Sequence record: OZ195934.1
Strand: one strand, 5' to 3'
DNA length: 64,000 nt
The translations under genes and the position numbers were made by a program. Below, piece after piece: positions 37,345 through 46,320 of this stretch. The notes under the pieces were generated by a model. It did not search any database and was not told the origin of the DNA. It saw only the letters and a list, made by a program, of their open reading frames with translations. Positions within the stretch are counted from its first letter, which is position 1. Each line of letters opens with the position of its first letter.

Positions 37345-38721
37345 ATGATCATTGAATACGTTATGTCTGCTACTGGTCACGCTCGACTAGGCGCAGCACA
37401 TAAACTAATGGATAAGGTCGATACGACTTATCTTCGTGACATTCTGAACGCTGCACAGAATCAAGACGGTGTACACAAAATCAGTATGCTATACAACGCA
37501 TACACTGAAAAGAAAGTTGGTCATCAAATCAACGATCTCTTTGGCGATGCTGTGTACAAAGTTCACGTCGATTCTGGTGGTCTACAGATTGTCAACTTGG
37601 GTTTAGAAAATACGCCCGATATTCGCAAAGCAGTATACGAGAATCAAGCAGAGTCTGGTGATATCGGCATGTGCTTTGATGAAATCCCGCTGCATAATGA
37701 AGCGATAGGTGGTGGAGCTGCTCGTATCAACACGAAAGACAAAGTATTCATGACTGATTTAGCTTATGATTACGGTGTCAAGACTGGTAAGAACATTCGA
37801 GAACAGATCGAGACATACATCGAAACTGGCAGTAAGTGCAAACCATACATCATTCTTCAAGGTAACTCAGACGAAGACTTCTTGAACTTCAGTGACGGCA
37901 TTATGTCACAACTTGAGGGTGTTGAAGACTATATCGCGGGCTGTGCTGCTGCCGATACATGTATTGGTAATGGCGTCCGTGAGTCTATCGACATGATGAG
38001 CGTCATTCGTAAGCTGAATATCCCAGAAAAAGCCAAGAAATCAGTGCATATGCTTGGGGTTGGCTCTGTTAAGCGTCTATTACCCGCAGTTGCTCTTATT
38101 CGAAGCGGTTACTTCGGTGATGACTTTCATATCAGTTACGATTCGAGCACGCACACTGGTTGTTTGACGAATCGTGAGTACACGGACAAGCTTGGTCGAC
38201 GCAAGAAGATCAGTGGTCACGGCATCATGAAAGGTGACGTTAAGCAGCGTTCACGTGAGCTTGATGACATGCTCGATGAAGTGTACGGTCGTTTCGGTCA
38301 CGTGTTACCGCGTGATAAAGAAGAGTTCAAAGAGTTCGCAACTCGCTTGTGGCTAAAAGAACTCAACAAAGAAACGATGACTGACGAAGATATCGTGTTT
38401 GAAGTTGCGTGTAACTTGTGTATAATCTTATCTCAAGTGAACAACTTCCAAGCTATCATTTCTGAGACGTTTGATCTAAACACACCGAAAGTCGCTGACT
38501 TAACAGCATTCTTCGGTGGCACAGTTGAAGAGAAAGCACCGCAGAGTGGATTCATGCACTGGTCAAGCATTCGCAGACTAACAGTGCTTGATAGACTGCT
38601 TGATGTTGACACAATCGAAGAGTATGATCGCTGGCACGCGTCGTACGTTGATCGACTACCGTCGATGCGTATTCGTCGTGGCGTGACTACTGACTATCCC
38701 GATTTTCAGATTCAAGAATAA
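37345..38721 (+). CDS. dpdA: TGT-fold guanine transglycosylase, probably DNA-acting (DpdA-like)
   Basis: VDSGGLQ, ILQG, VHMLGVG, ISYDSST; embedded in the que cluster. Confidence 0.8.
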   Translation: MIIEYVMSATGHARLGAAHKLMDKVDTTYLRDILNAAQNQDGVHKISMLYNAYTEKKVGHQINDLFGDAVYKVHVDSGGLQIVNLGLENTPDIRKAVYENQAESGDIGMCFDEIPLHNEAIGGGAARINTKDKVFMTDLAYDYGVKTGKNIREQIETYIETGSKCKPYIILQGNSDEDFLNFSDGIMSQLEGVEDYIAGCAAADTCIGNGVRESIDMMSVIRKLNIPEKAKKSVHMLGVGSVKRLLPAVALIRSGYFGDDFHISYDSSTHTGCLTNREYTDKLGRRKKISGHGIMKGDVKQRSRELDDMLDEVYGRFGHVLPRDKEEFKEFATRLWLKELNKETMTDEDIVFEVACNLCIILSQVNNFQAIISETFDLNTPKVADLTAFFGGTVEEKAPQSGFMHWSSIRRLTVLDRLLDVDTIEEYDRWHASYVDRLPSMRIRRGVTTDYPDFQIQE

Positions 38722-38736
38722 GCGCCTACGGGCGCT
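38721..38736 (+). other. Stable UACG-tetraloop hairpin without a U tract
   Basis: AGCGCC-TACG-GGCGCT, identical to the 55465 terminator stem. Confidence 0.7.
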
Positions 38737-38750
38737 CTTATGAGGTAAAC

Positions 38751-39662
38751 ATGAGTTCAAATTATGATCAAGTGTCGGCTATTGCTGCTGAACACTTAGG
38801 TAAAAAAGCAGGCGATTACAGTGATTTCGTCGATATTGATACAGTCCGCCCCGATTTGCTAGTGCCAATCCCGCGTGAGCTGAATCGTACTGACTACGAC
38901 ATCACTAATGAAACGTTCGTCGGCTTTGATACATGGCATGGCTTTGAAGTGTCAGCACTGACAGAACAAGGTCTACCTGTCTCTGGTATGGCGAAAGTCG
39001 TATATCCGAGCGATAGTCCGAACATCGTTGAAAGTAAGTCGATGAAATTGTACTGGAATAGCTTCAACATGGCTAAGATTGGTACTGATCGCAATGGCGT
39101 TATGCACGCTATTCAGGTTATTGCATCACGCGACTTGTCAACTATCATCGGTGCACCAGTTCAAGTTACGTTCTTCACTGAGCGCAACACGCATCCGCAT
39201 GGCATGACTGGTTATGCTGAACTTGACAAGTACGTTTCTGATGAAGCAGTGTTCGATTCTGAGCAAGGTGCTGATGCTGATATTCTTGTCGCGTCGCACG
39301 TTAAGCGCATGAACGTGTTCACTCCGAATCTGCGTAGTAACTGTCGTGTTACACATCAACCCGATTTCGGTGATTTGTACATCTTCATGCAAGGTGAATC
39401 AACACCAACGGTTGATAGCTTAATGCAATACATCGTGTCTTTCCGTAAAGAGAATCACTTTCACGAAGAATGTGTGGAAATGATCTACAAAGCGTTGCAA
39501 GACAAGTTCAATCCAGACGATCTAATGGTCACAGCGTTGTATACGCGTCGTGGTGGTTGGAATATCTGTCCCGCTCGTGCGTCAAGCATTGAGCTGTTAC
39601 CGTCGGCTCTAAGTAGTTCTGCGGTCTCGCACACTAACGGTTCTTGTTTATTCCGTCAGTAA
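38751..39662 (+). CDS. queF: Bimodular preQ0 reductase QueF
   Basis: PNIVESKSMKLYWNSFN, LRSNCRVTHQPDFG, FHEECVE, YTRRGG. Confidence 0.92.
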   Translation: MSSNYDQVSAIAAEHLGKKAGDYSDFVDIDTVRPDLLVPIPRELNRTDYDITNETFVGFDTWHGFEVSALTEQGLPVSGMAKVVYPSDSPNIVESKSMKLYWNSFNMAKIGTDRNGVMHAIQVIASRDLSTIIGAPVQVTFFTERNTHPHGMTGYAELDKYVSDEAVFDSEQGADADILVASHVKRMNVFTPNLRSNCRVTHQPDFGDLYIFMQGESTPTVDSLMQYIVSFRKENHFHEECVEMIYKALQDKFNPDDLMVTALYTRRGGWNICPARASSIELLPSALSSSAVSHTNGSCLFRQ

Positions 39663-39673
39663 TAAGAGATATA

Positions 39674-39699
39674 ATGAGCATTCAATAGTGAGTGCTCAT
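39674..39699 (+). other. 11-bp hairpin between queF and queC
   Basis: ATGAGCATTCA-ATAG-TGAGTGCTCAT. Confidence 0.6.
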
Positions 39700-39718
39700 A
39701 TACTTGAGAGGTTATAAA

Positions 39719-40435
39719 ATGAAAGTAGTATCAGTTCTAAGCGGTGGCTTAGACTCAACAATCCTTACATACAAATTAGTAGACGAATACGGTGCCGACA
39801 ATGTGTTTGCATTATCGTTCTTCTATGGTCAAAAGCAGTCAATTGAGCTAGAAAAAGCTAAGTTGACCTGTCAAAAGCTCGGTATCGAGCATCGTCTAAT
39901 CGACATTTCATTTCTAGGTGATGTAGTTGCTCCAGTGTGTGCAAACATTGTCGGTAGTGATTTAGCAATGCCGACTATTCAAGACGTTCTAGGCGACCCT
40001 CAGCCGCCAACTGAAGTCCCATATCGTAACATGCTGTTGAACACAGTAGCATTCAGCTTTGCGCAAGCTAACGGCTGTCAAGCTGTGTACACTGGTATTC
40101 AAGTGCATGACGCATACGGTTACTGGGATTGCACGCAAGACTTCTTAGATGGTATGAATCAGATTTCAAGTCTGAATCGTCAGCATGAGATTGCGCTTGT
40201 TGCACCATTCGCTCAGATGTCAAAAGCAGATGAAATCGCAATTGGTGTTAAGCTTGGCGTGCCGTTTGAAGATAGCTTAACGTGCTATGACCCGAACGAT
40301 GCAGGTGAAAGCTGCGGCAAATGCCCGTCATGTGCTGAACGCATCATGAACTTCGGCAAAGCAGGTATCAAAGACCCTGCACCGTACTCAGTAGACGTGC
40401 CATGGGATCAAGTGTTCGCTAAGGCAGGTGTTTAA
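39719..40435 (+). CDS. queC: 7-cyano-7-deazaguanine synthase QueC
   Basis: SGGLDS, YGQKQ, VPYRN, YWDC, TCY...CGKCPSC; true start ATG 39719. Confidence 0.95.
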   Translation: MKVVSVLSGGLDSTILTYKLVDEYGADNVFALSFFYGQKQSIELEKAKLTCQKLGIEHRLIDISFLGDVVAPVCANIVGSDLAMPTIQDVLGDPQPPTEVPYRNMLLNTVAFSFAQANGCQAVYTGIQVHDAYGYWDCTQDFLDGMNQISSLNRQHEIALVAPFAQMSKADEIAIGVKLGVPFEDSLTCYDPNDAGESCGKCPSCAERIMNFGKAGIKDPAPYSVDVPWDQVFAKAGV

Positions 40436-41040
40436 TGTGCGGTCTATTCGCTGCAAAGACTAAAAAGGCGCTAGTTGAACTAGCGCAACATAACATGCAT
40501 CGTGGTTCGCGTACGCACTCAGTGACTGGCATTAAAGGCGGTCAGTTGTATGTCAATCGATACGACGGTGAGTTCAGTGCTGACAATGTACCAGACGGGT
40601 ATGACTTCTATATCTGTCACGTGCAAGCACCGACTAGTGCTCACGCAAAGTCACATCCCGCAGTTGTTGTACGCTCAGAGGGCAGACGTAACTTTGCATC
40701 ATGCGTATGGCACAATGGCATTCTGAAAGACGACTACATGAAAAAGCAGCGATATGATTGGGACACCCGGCACATCGCAGACACGTTCCCGCAATCGCTC
40801 GACGAGTACGATGGTACGTTTGCTTGTTTTTACTACGCACTGCGCGAATTAAGCGTGTTTCGTAATGAGATCAGTCCACTGTTCATGAGCGAAGATGGCG
40901 ATGCTTTCAGTAGCACACGAACAATCATAACTCCCGACGCACTTGAACCAAATAAAGTGTTTAACATCGACCTAACGTCGTTTAAAATGTCGCTTGTTAG
41001 AGAGTTCAAAACAGTAGAAAATCCATATTTCTTTTTATGA
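40435..41040 (+). CDS. Free-standing class II (Ntn) glutamine amidotransferase
   Basis: N-terminal MCGLF, HRG, CHVQAPT, WHNGIL, DT, GTFAC; coupled to queC. Confidence 0.85.
   Translation: MCGLFAAKTKKALVELAQHNMHRGSRTHSVTGIKGGQLYVNRYDGEFSADNVPDGYDFYICHVQAPTSAHAKSHPAVVVRSEGRRNFASCVWHNGILKDDYMKKQRYDWDTRHIADTFPQSLDEYDGTFACFYYALRELSVFRNEISPLFMSEDGDAFSSTRTIITPDALEPNKVFNIDLTSFKMSLVREFKTVENPYFFL
40959..40988 (+). promoter_or_regulatory. Class B promoter for the gene 31 operon
   Basis: GTTTAAC-17-TAAAAT inside the 3' end of the GATase gene. Confidence 0.6.
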
Positions 41041-41049
41041 GGTAACATC

Positions 41050-41337
41050 ATGATTGATACAAACATCGACGACTTGCTGAAGACTGGCATTGTCGAATTC
41101 GAATTTGAAAAGGCTGATGGATCAGTCAAGACCGTGAAAGGCACGCGTGACTTGTCGTGTATCGCGGAAGAATTTCATCCGAAACCACGTCCAGTTAAGC
41201 TAGACGAAGACGGTAACGAAATCAAGTACGAAAAGACCGAGAAGCAGAAAGCGACTTGTGGTTACTTTGACGTTGACGCGCAAGGCTGGCGTTCGTTCAA
41301 GCGTGCAAATCTAATCAAAGTTGTTTCGTATGACTAA
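41050..41337 (+). CDS. WYL/SH3-fold protein (DUF2693-like)
   Basis: VEFEFEKADGS...GTR...YFDVDAQGWRSF. Confidence 0.8.
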   Translation: MIDTNIDDLLKTGIVEFEFEKADGSVKTVKGTRDLSCIAEEFHPKPRPVKLDEDGNEIKYEKTEKQKATCGYFDVDAQGWRSFKRANLIKVVSYD

Positions 41338-41536
41338 CGCATCACTCGGTGCGTTTGCTAGAGTCGGCACTGCAATTATTCACGTCAAATCTGGCGGCGA
41401 ATATGTAGTATTGCACGTCGGCAAAGCGAAAGTAAACGGTGAGTGGGTAGAAGCGATTACGTACACGAATCAAAACGGTGAAGTATTCACACGAACAGTC
41501 GATGACTTTCGTGGATTCGAATTAGCACTAATCTAA
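41330..41536 (+). CDS. DUF1653-like small protein
   Basis: HVKSGGEYVV...VFTRTVDDF. Confidence 0.7.
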   Translation: MTNASLGAFARVGTAIIHVKSGGEYVVLHVGKAKVNGEWVEAITYTNQNGEVFTRTVDDFRGFELALI

Positions 41537-41551
41537 TGTGAGAAATATATA

Positions 41552-41758
41552 ATGGCTACAGACAAAGAACTTGTTGATGAAGTAAACGACTACTGGATTG
41601 GTTGGGATGGTCGTGGTGACAATCCCGTTGAGTACGATCTGGAACACGGTCCCATGCGTAAGAAAATGCGTGACTTCATCGAACGCAAGAAAGTAACTGA
41701 CCAACGCACGGCTGAATTTGAAGAAGTGCGCAACAAATATAAAAGGCGTGAAAAATGA
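41552..41758 (+). CDS. Hypothetical protein
   Basis: 68 aa. Confidence 0.7.
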   Translation: MATDKELVDEVNDYWIGWDGRGDNPVEYDLEHGPMRKKMRDFIERKKVTDQRTAEFEEVRNKYKRREK

Positions 41759-42090
41759 CATTACAAGCATTTGCTCAAGGTGAGCAAGTTATTATCGATA
41801 CTAAAGCAGTACGTGAGGGTGAAGAACTATTCTCCGCAGGTGGTATCGCACTAGGTCGAGCAACACAAGGTGAAGTGCCGCTACACGGTCGCGTTATCTC
41901 TGTGGGTGATGAAGTAGACACAGATGTTATTGACGTTGGTGATTCAGTTCTGTTGCCTCAAGGCAATATGAAAAACGTTCCCGACCCACGTATCATCAAG
42001 GGTGAAATCAAGCCAGATGCTGATGATCGCGAACTGTGGGTTCATACACACTACAAAAACATCGCAGTTGTATACCGCGACGAGGGCTAA
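41755..42090 (+). CDS. 31: Co-chaperonin gp31 (GroES-like)
   Basis: LQAFAQGEQVII, SAGGIALG, GRVISVG, VPDP, HYKNIAVVY. Confidence 0.93.
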   Translation: MTLQAFAQGEQVIIDTKAVREGEELFSAGGIALGRATQGEVPLHGRVISVGDEVDTDVIDVGDSVLLPQGNMKNVPDPRIIKGEIKPDADDRELWVHTHYKNIAVVYRDEG

Positions 42091-42092
42091 CA

Positions 42093-42497
42093 ATGAACGA
42101 CAATACACGTCTTATCGAAGTGACCGCAACTGGTCACTATAGCAACGCAACTGAGACACAAACGTGTTTCGTGACTACCGAGTTCATCGAGAAGTACAGC
42201 GATGCAATCGACACATTCACATACTCGTTCCATGAGCTTGACGGCAAGCATTCAGAGACTGAAGCCGATATTCATATCGTTGAAGAAGTTAAAGAAATGG
42301 CGCTATCATGGGCTGATTCACGCGGTGAGCATTGGGCGATTACTGAAGTAATGTTCGATCACATTCGCGGCTATGCTGATGAAGTTGATGAAGAAGATTT
42401 CGCAGCGATGATTTCACTGAACGAAGACATGAACAACACGATTGAAGTACGCACGCGCACTGAAATCACAATCGGTACTGAAACAATTACCGTATAA
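42093..42497 (+). CDS. Acidic hypothetical protein
   Basis: Start ATG 42093. Confidence 0.75.
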   Translation: MNDNTRLIEVTATGHYSNATETQTCFVTTEFIEKYSDAIDTFTYSFHELDGKHSETEADIHIVEEVKEMALSWADSRGEHWAITEVMFDHIRGYADEVDEEDFAAMISLNEDMNNTIEVRTRTEITIGTETITV

Positions 42498-42503
42498 AAC
42501 GAC

Positions 42504-42530
42504 AAAAGGGAGCTAATTGCTCCCTTTTTT
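42504..42530. terminator. Bidirectional terminator
   Basis: AAAAGGGAGC-TAATT-GCTCCCTTTTTT. Confidence 0.9.
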
Positions 42531-42534
42531 AGGT

Positions 42535-43515
42535 CTATTGTGACTGCTCTTCTGCAAGCCTCGCTTGATAATCAGCTTTCGATTCTGCTTCAATCATGCT
42601 GTAGCCATTCAAACCCTCTGCACAATAACGTCTAAACGTCTCATGATTCAGACCCGCACCGTCAGACTTCGCACACGCTTGTACCGTTCCTGTGTGTTCT
42701 CTACCGTCAGGCGAGACATAACGACGAGGTCGTTTAGTGTTTTCAAGTGTCCACTTACCATCAATCTTGAGAATGTCACCTGAACGCAATCGCGATAAGT
42801 GACTCGGGAAAAGCCCAAGTTCGATTGCCTGTTGATTCTGATTTGTAATCACTACCGTTTCATTAGTCTCAGTGTTCAGAATCGTGTACGGCTTCACTAC
42901 TCGATGCGCTTGACCTCTACGATGCGCTTCGCGTCGTTCTTCTGTCCATTCTGCCGGAGAGCGACCAATCTCCCAGCCACTGTCTAGATATTCTTGCACA
43001 TCGTCAGGCGCAACATATTTGGTTCGTTGCCCGAGTTTATACATCACTTGATGGTCGACTGTGTGTTCGTTGTGAATGAAGTTGCTCTCCATTTCAAATC
43101 TGACCGCGTCTGACACATCTTCCCAACACGCGGCAGTGAAGTTACCACCACACTGTTTGTTCAGATACACGTCACTGCGAACAGCATCAAGTTCGATTTG
43201 AAGCATCGCTTCAGCAAACAACGTCTTGCCCCATGAATCATGACAAGACACGATTCGAAACTCATCAATCACAATACCCTGTGCGTGCATTTCATTAACG
43301 TGCTTTGAACTACTAGTGTACGATCTCCAATTAGACTCGCGAAACGGCTTCTTTGGTAGCTTCTTGTATGATGCAGGCGTTCTCTTCATAGACACCCATA
43401 TTTTCTTAGCACCTATATACTTTTTACCGTTACTCATTGTCAGTACATAGACAAAGCCTAGATATTGTTTAGGGTCGATTTCAAATTCACATACCCAATG
43501 ACCATATTCAAACAT
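42535..43515 (-). mobile_element. Free-standing GIY-YIG homing endonuclease (Seg-like)
   Basis: GFVYVLT...KKYIGAKK; NUMOD-like repeats (YLDSGWEIGRS, WTEERREAH); own late promoter; opposite strand to neighbours. Confidence 0.85.
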
Positions 43516-43545
43516 TTTCTTTCTCTTGTGTTATTTGTGTAATAG

Positions 43546-43553
43546 TATTTATA
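43546..43553 (-). promoter_or_regulatory. T4 late promoter
   Basis: Exact TATAAATA on the minus strand. Confidence 0.85.
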
Positions 43554-43569
43554 ATTATGTATTTCATGT

Positions 43570-43598
43570 TTGACACAATACAGAAAGTATGTAATAAT
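43570..43598 (+). promoter_or_regulatory. Early promoter
   Basis: TTGACA with TAATAAT 16-17 nt downstream. Confidence 0.55.
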
Positions 43599-43624
43599 TC
43601 AGAAGCACTTTGAAAGAGGAACGC

Positions 43625-43888
43625 ATGATGAAAACAACACAGTATCATCGAATATTGCTTGAAACACTCGCGATTGACTTTTTTAGCAACGTTGAAGTCT
43701 CGTACAGTGAAGACGGCAGCGAAACGTACACGTCTGAAACTACTAAGTTTCAGTTCAACGACGCGGTCGAAATCTGCATTATGACTAAAGCAGGTACACC
43801 ACTCAACACCACAGATGAGACGAAAATCGAAGTCGTCATCAATTCGTTATTAGAAAAAGCTCGTGAAGAGCGTTACATGGGAATTTAG
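43625..43888 (+). CDS. Hypothetical protein
   Basis: GAGGA RBS, ATG 43625. Confidence 0.75.
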   Translation: MMKTTQYHRILLETLAIDFFSNVEVSYSEDGSETYTSETTKFQFNDAVEICIMTKAGTPLNTTDETKIEVVINSLLEKAREERYMGI

Positions 43889-43892
43889 AAAC

Positions 43893-44879
43893 ATGTTTGT
43901 GAAATACAGATCATTGGAAAACAGCTACCGCCAGAAGTTCGTTGACAAATGTGCCGAGCTTGGCATCGATGAGTGGGTAGCACTTGAGAAACTACACGGT
44001 GCGAACTTTGGTTTCATCGTAGCTGTAGACGAAACGGAACTCACTGTAGAAGCGTTCAAACGCACGTCAACGCTCGAAGCGAATGCGACGGGTGATTACG
44101 ACTTCTACGGCTGTACAGCTCTTGTAGAAGCACACAAGAGCAAAATGAAGCTAATCAGCGATTGGGTTTGGGGTCACTTGATGATTGAAGACGGTGAACC
44201 AGTCATCGTGTACGGTGAGCTTGCAGGTAAAGGCGTGCAGAAAGAAGTGAACTACGGTGAAAAAGACTTCTACGCGTTCGATATCTACTTGCCGAAGCGT
44301 GATCGCTATCTCGATTGGGATGACGTTCAAGCAGCATGTAAGTTCGCTGAAGTGAATACCACCAACGAAATCGCTCGTGGTAAACTTGACAAGCTACTTG
44401 GCATCGACCCGCTGTTCCGTTCAACTCACACGCCGAAAGGTATCGAGGGTGAGAACTGGGCTGAGGGCTTCGTCGTTAAGCAACTGAAAAACGAAAAGCT
44501 ATTCTCTACTGGTCAGCGTGCTATCTTGAAAGTGAAGAACGAACGCTTCAAAGAGAAGAAGAACAAAGCAGGCAAAGTACCAAAGGCACCTGTTCAATAC
44601 ACTGAAGAGCAAGCGAAATTACACGCTGAAATGAGCCTGTATCTTACTGAAAATCGTCTGAAAAACGTTCTAAGTAAGTTAGAGACTGTTACACAGAAAC
44701 AGTTCGGGATGGTCAGTGGATTGCTTCTAAAAGACGCGAAAGATGAGTTCGAGCGCGATGAGCGTGATGAAGTCTCTATCGTGCGCGACGATTGGGATGT
44801 GATCAGACGTTCGTTGTCTAATCTAGCTAATGAAATCGTGAGAAAGAATTGGCTAAACATTCTCGATGGTGAGTTCTAG
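43893..44879 (+). CDS. rnlB: RNA ligase 2
   Basis: FVKYRSLEN, EKLHGANF, YGELAG, AFDI, EGFVVK, KVKNERFKE. Confidence 0.95.
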   Translation: MFVKYRSLENSYRQKFVDKCAELGIDEWVALEKLHGANFGFIVAVDETELTVEAFKRTSTLEANATGDYDFYGCTALVEAHKSKMKLISDWVWGHLMIEDGEPVIVYGELAGKGVQKEVNYGEKDFYAFDIYLPKRDRYLDWDDVQAACKFAEVNTTNEIARGKLDKLLGIDPLFRSTHTPKGIEGENWAEGFVVKQLKNEKLFSTGQRAILKVKNERFKEKKNKAGKVPKAPVQYTEEQAKLHAEMSLYLTENRLKNVLSKLETVTQKQFGMVSGLLLKDAKDEFERDERDEVSIVRDDWDVIRRSLSNLANEIVRKNWLNILDGEF

Positions 44880-44899
44880 CACCCGAGAAAGGGGTTGCC

Positions 44900-45088
44900 T
44901 TGAAAAAGCGTCATATATTTCTATTGACGTGCGTGTGTGGAGCAATAGCATACTTCGCTGTGCTATTCTTCGCGGCATTATTGTACGCAGGTACAATAGA
45001 ATTTGCATTATCATTCGTGGTAATCGTATTCATCGCCTTGCTAAATATAGTAAGAGCTGAAATACAAAATAACGACAAAGCTCCGTAA
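44900..45088 (+). CDS. Small two-TM membrane protein (TTG start)
   Basis: KKRH then two hydrophobic segments; AAGGGG upstream. Confidence 0.6.
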   Translation: MKKRHIFLLTCVCGAIAYFAVLFFAALLYAGTIEFALSFVVIVFIALLNIVRAEIQNNDKAP

Positions 45089-45100
45089 GGGGCTTTTTTT
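45078..45100 (+). terminator. Rho-independent terminator
   Basis: AAAGCTCC-GTAA-GGGGCTTT + T. Confidence 0.8.
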
Positions 45101-45114
45101 ATGCGAGAAGTAAA

Positions 45115-45708
45115 ATGAAAAAATTCAACGAGTTCGCGAAAGAACTGGAAGAAGCAGCAACTGACATCGTGTATCACGGTACGTCACTGAGTCGAGCTAT
45201 TGAAATATTGTCTACTGACAAGTTCAGATTGAGTGATGCTAAAGGCAGTTGGTCAGATGACACAGACACTGAGATCAACCAGAAGCAAGGCAAAGACAAG
45301 CGATACTACTTGTCAACTGCACGTAGTGCAACTAGCCCGTACATCAATGACCTAGACACGATGATTGACTCGACCACGGCTGACGTTCTCTTTGTCATTG
45401 ATGGTCGCAAGATTAGCCACAACCACAGAACGAAAGCAGTTGACTACGGTCGCGGTGAATATGCATCGGACTATGGTAATGAGCTTGAAGATCGCGTGTT
45501 CAGCAAAAAGCCAGTGATTGATAATGCCTCTAAGTACATCAAAGAAGCACACGTATGGAAGAAATTCTCTAGCAGTTCGTCACACGGCGAGTCGATACTA
45601 GAGAAGTTCCTATCTCAAGCAAAGAGAAAAGGGATTCGCGTGTGGGTGTATGATAATCAACGCGATTGGCAGTCTATGAACAAGAAAAGGGCTGTCTTCA
45701 CTCAATAA
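45115..45708 (+). CDS. Putative ADP-ribosyltransferase-fold protein with capsid-targeting-like N-terminus
   Basis: MKKFNEFAKELEEA; VYHGTS; YLSTARS; NELEDRV. Confidence 0.6.
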   Translation: MKKFNEFAKELEEAATDIVYHGTSLSRAIEILSTDKFRLSDAKGSWSDDTDTEINQKQGKDKRYYLSTARSATSPYINDLDTMIDSTTADVLFVIDGRKISHNHRTKAVDYGRGEYASDYGNELEDRVFSKKPVIDNASKYIKEAHVWKKFSSSSSHGESILEKFLSQAKRKGIRVWVYDNQRDWQSMNKKRAVFTQ

Positions 45709-45717
45709 GAGAGCAAC

Positions 45718-46275
45718 ATGGCATTTTTGAATAGAAAAGAATTGGATACAAGTGAGATAACCGAAGCTGATATGCAATACGCGATTGCAGTGCAGAGTGT
45801 ATGGATCAACAAGCGATACACAGCGATGATACCGAACTGTTTCACCACAGTGACACACGACAACGAAGCTGACTTGTATGGCATTCGACCAAGTGGTCTA
45901 TGTGATGAGATTGAAATCAAGGTATCGAAAGCTGATTTCCGTATCGATGAGAAGAAAACAGTCAAAGTATTAGACGAAGCCGCACCAACACGTTGGAATC
46001 GATACACAGACGTTCTCAAACGCACAGCATTGACCGATGGCAACATGAGCAACTACTTCTGGTATGCTTTCCCTAAAGGGCTTGTAGACCACGCAGACGT
46101 TCCAGATTGGGCAGGCATCATTGAAGTAGATGGCTTACTGAATGCTCATGAAGTAAGAATGCCAAAGCGACTGCATGGTAGAAAGCTGTCAATCGAAGAA
46201 CAACTCAAGCAAATCAAGAAGCTTGGTTACCGATTCTGGAATCTAGTCAAGAAGAACAAATCAAAAGCCCCTTAA
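45718..46275 (+). CDS. MmcB-like PD-(D/E)XK nuclease
   Basis: EADLYG...EIEIKVSKADFRID...NYFWYAFP...WAGII. Confidence 0.8.
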   Translation: MAFLNRKELDTSEITEADMQYAIAVQSVWINKRYTAMIPNCFTTVTHDNEADLYGIRPSGLCDEIEIKVSKADFRIDEKKTVKVLDEAAPTRWNRYTDVLKRTALTDGNMSNYFWYAFPKGLVDHADVPDWAGIIEVDGLLNAHEVRMPKRLHGRKLSIEEQLKQIKKLGYRFWNLVKKNKSKAP

Positions 46276-46288
46276 ATGGGGTTTTTTT
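46264..46288 (+). terminator. Rho-independent terminator
   Basis: AAAAGCCCC-TTAAAT-GGGGTTTTTTT. Confidence 0.85.
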
Positions 46289-46320
46289 AGGTCTAGCGTT
46301 AGCGAAAGGAAATGGTGAGC

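Noticed and set aside
35629-39718. preQ1 riboswitch upstream of the que genes
   Set aside because: None of the intergenic hairpins shows the preQ1-I stem with an A-rich tail or the class II/III pseudoknot consensus.
44890-45060. ncRNA from several hairpins (AATAGCA/TGCTATT, TATTGTAC/GTACAATA, CGTCA/TGACG)
   Set aside because: The region encodes a credible two-TM protein with an RBS, and short AT-rich stems are expected by chance; not excluded, but unsupported.
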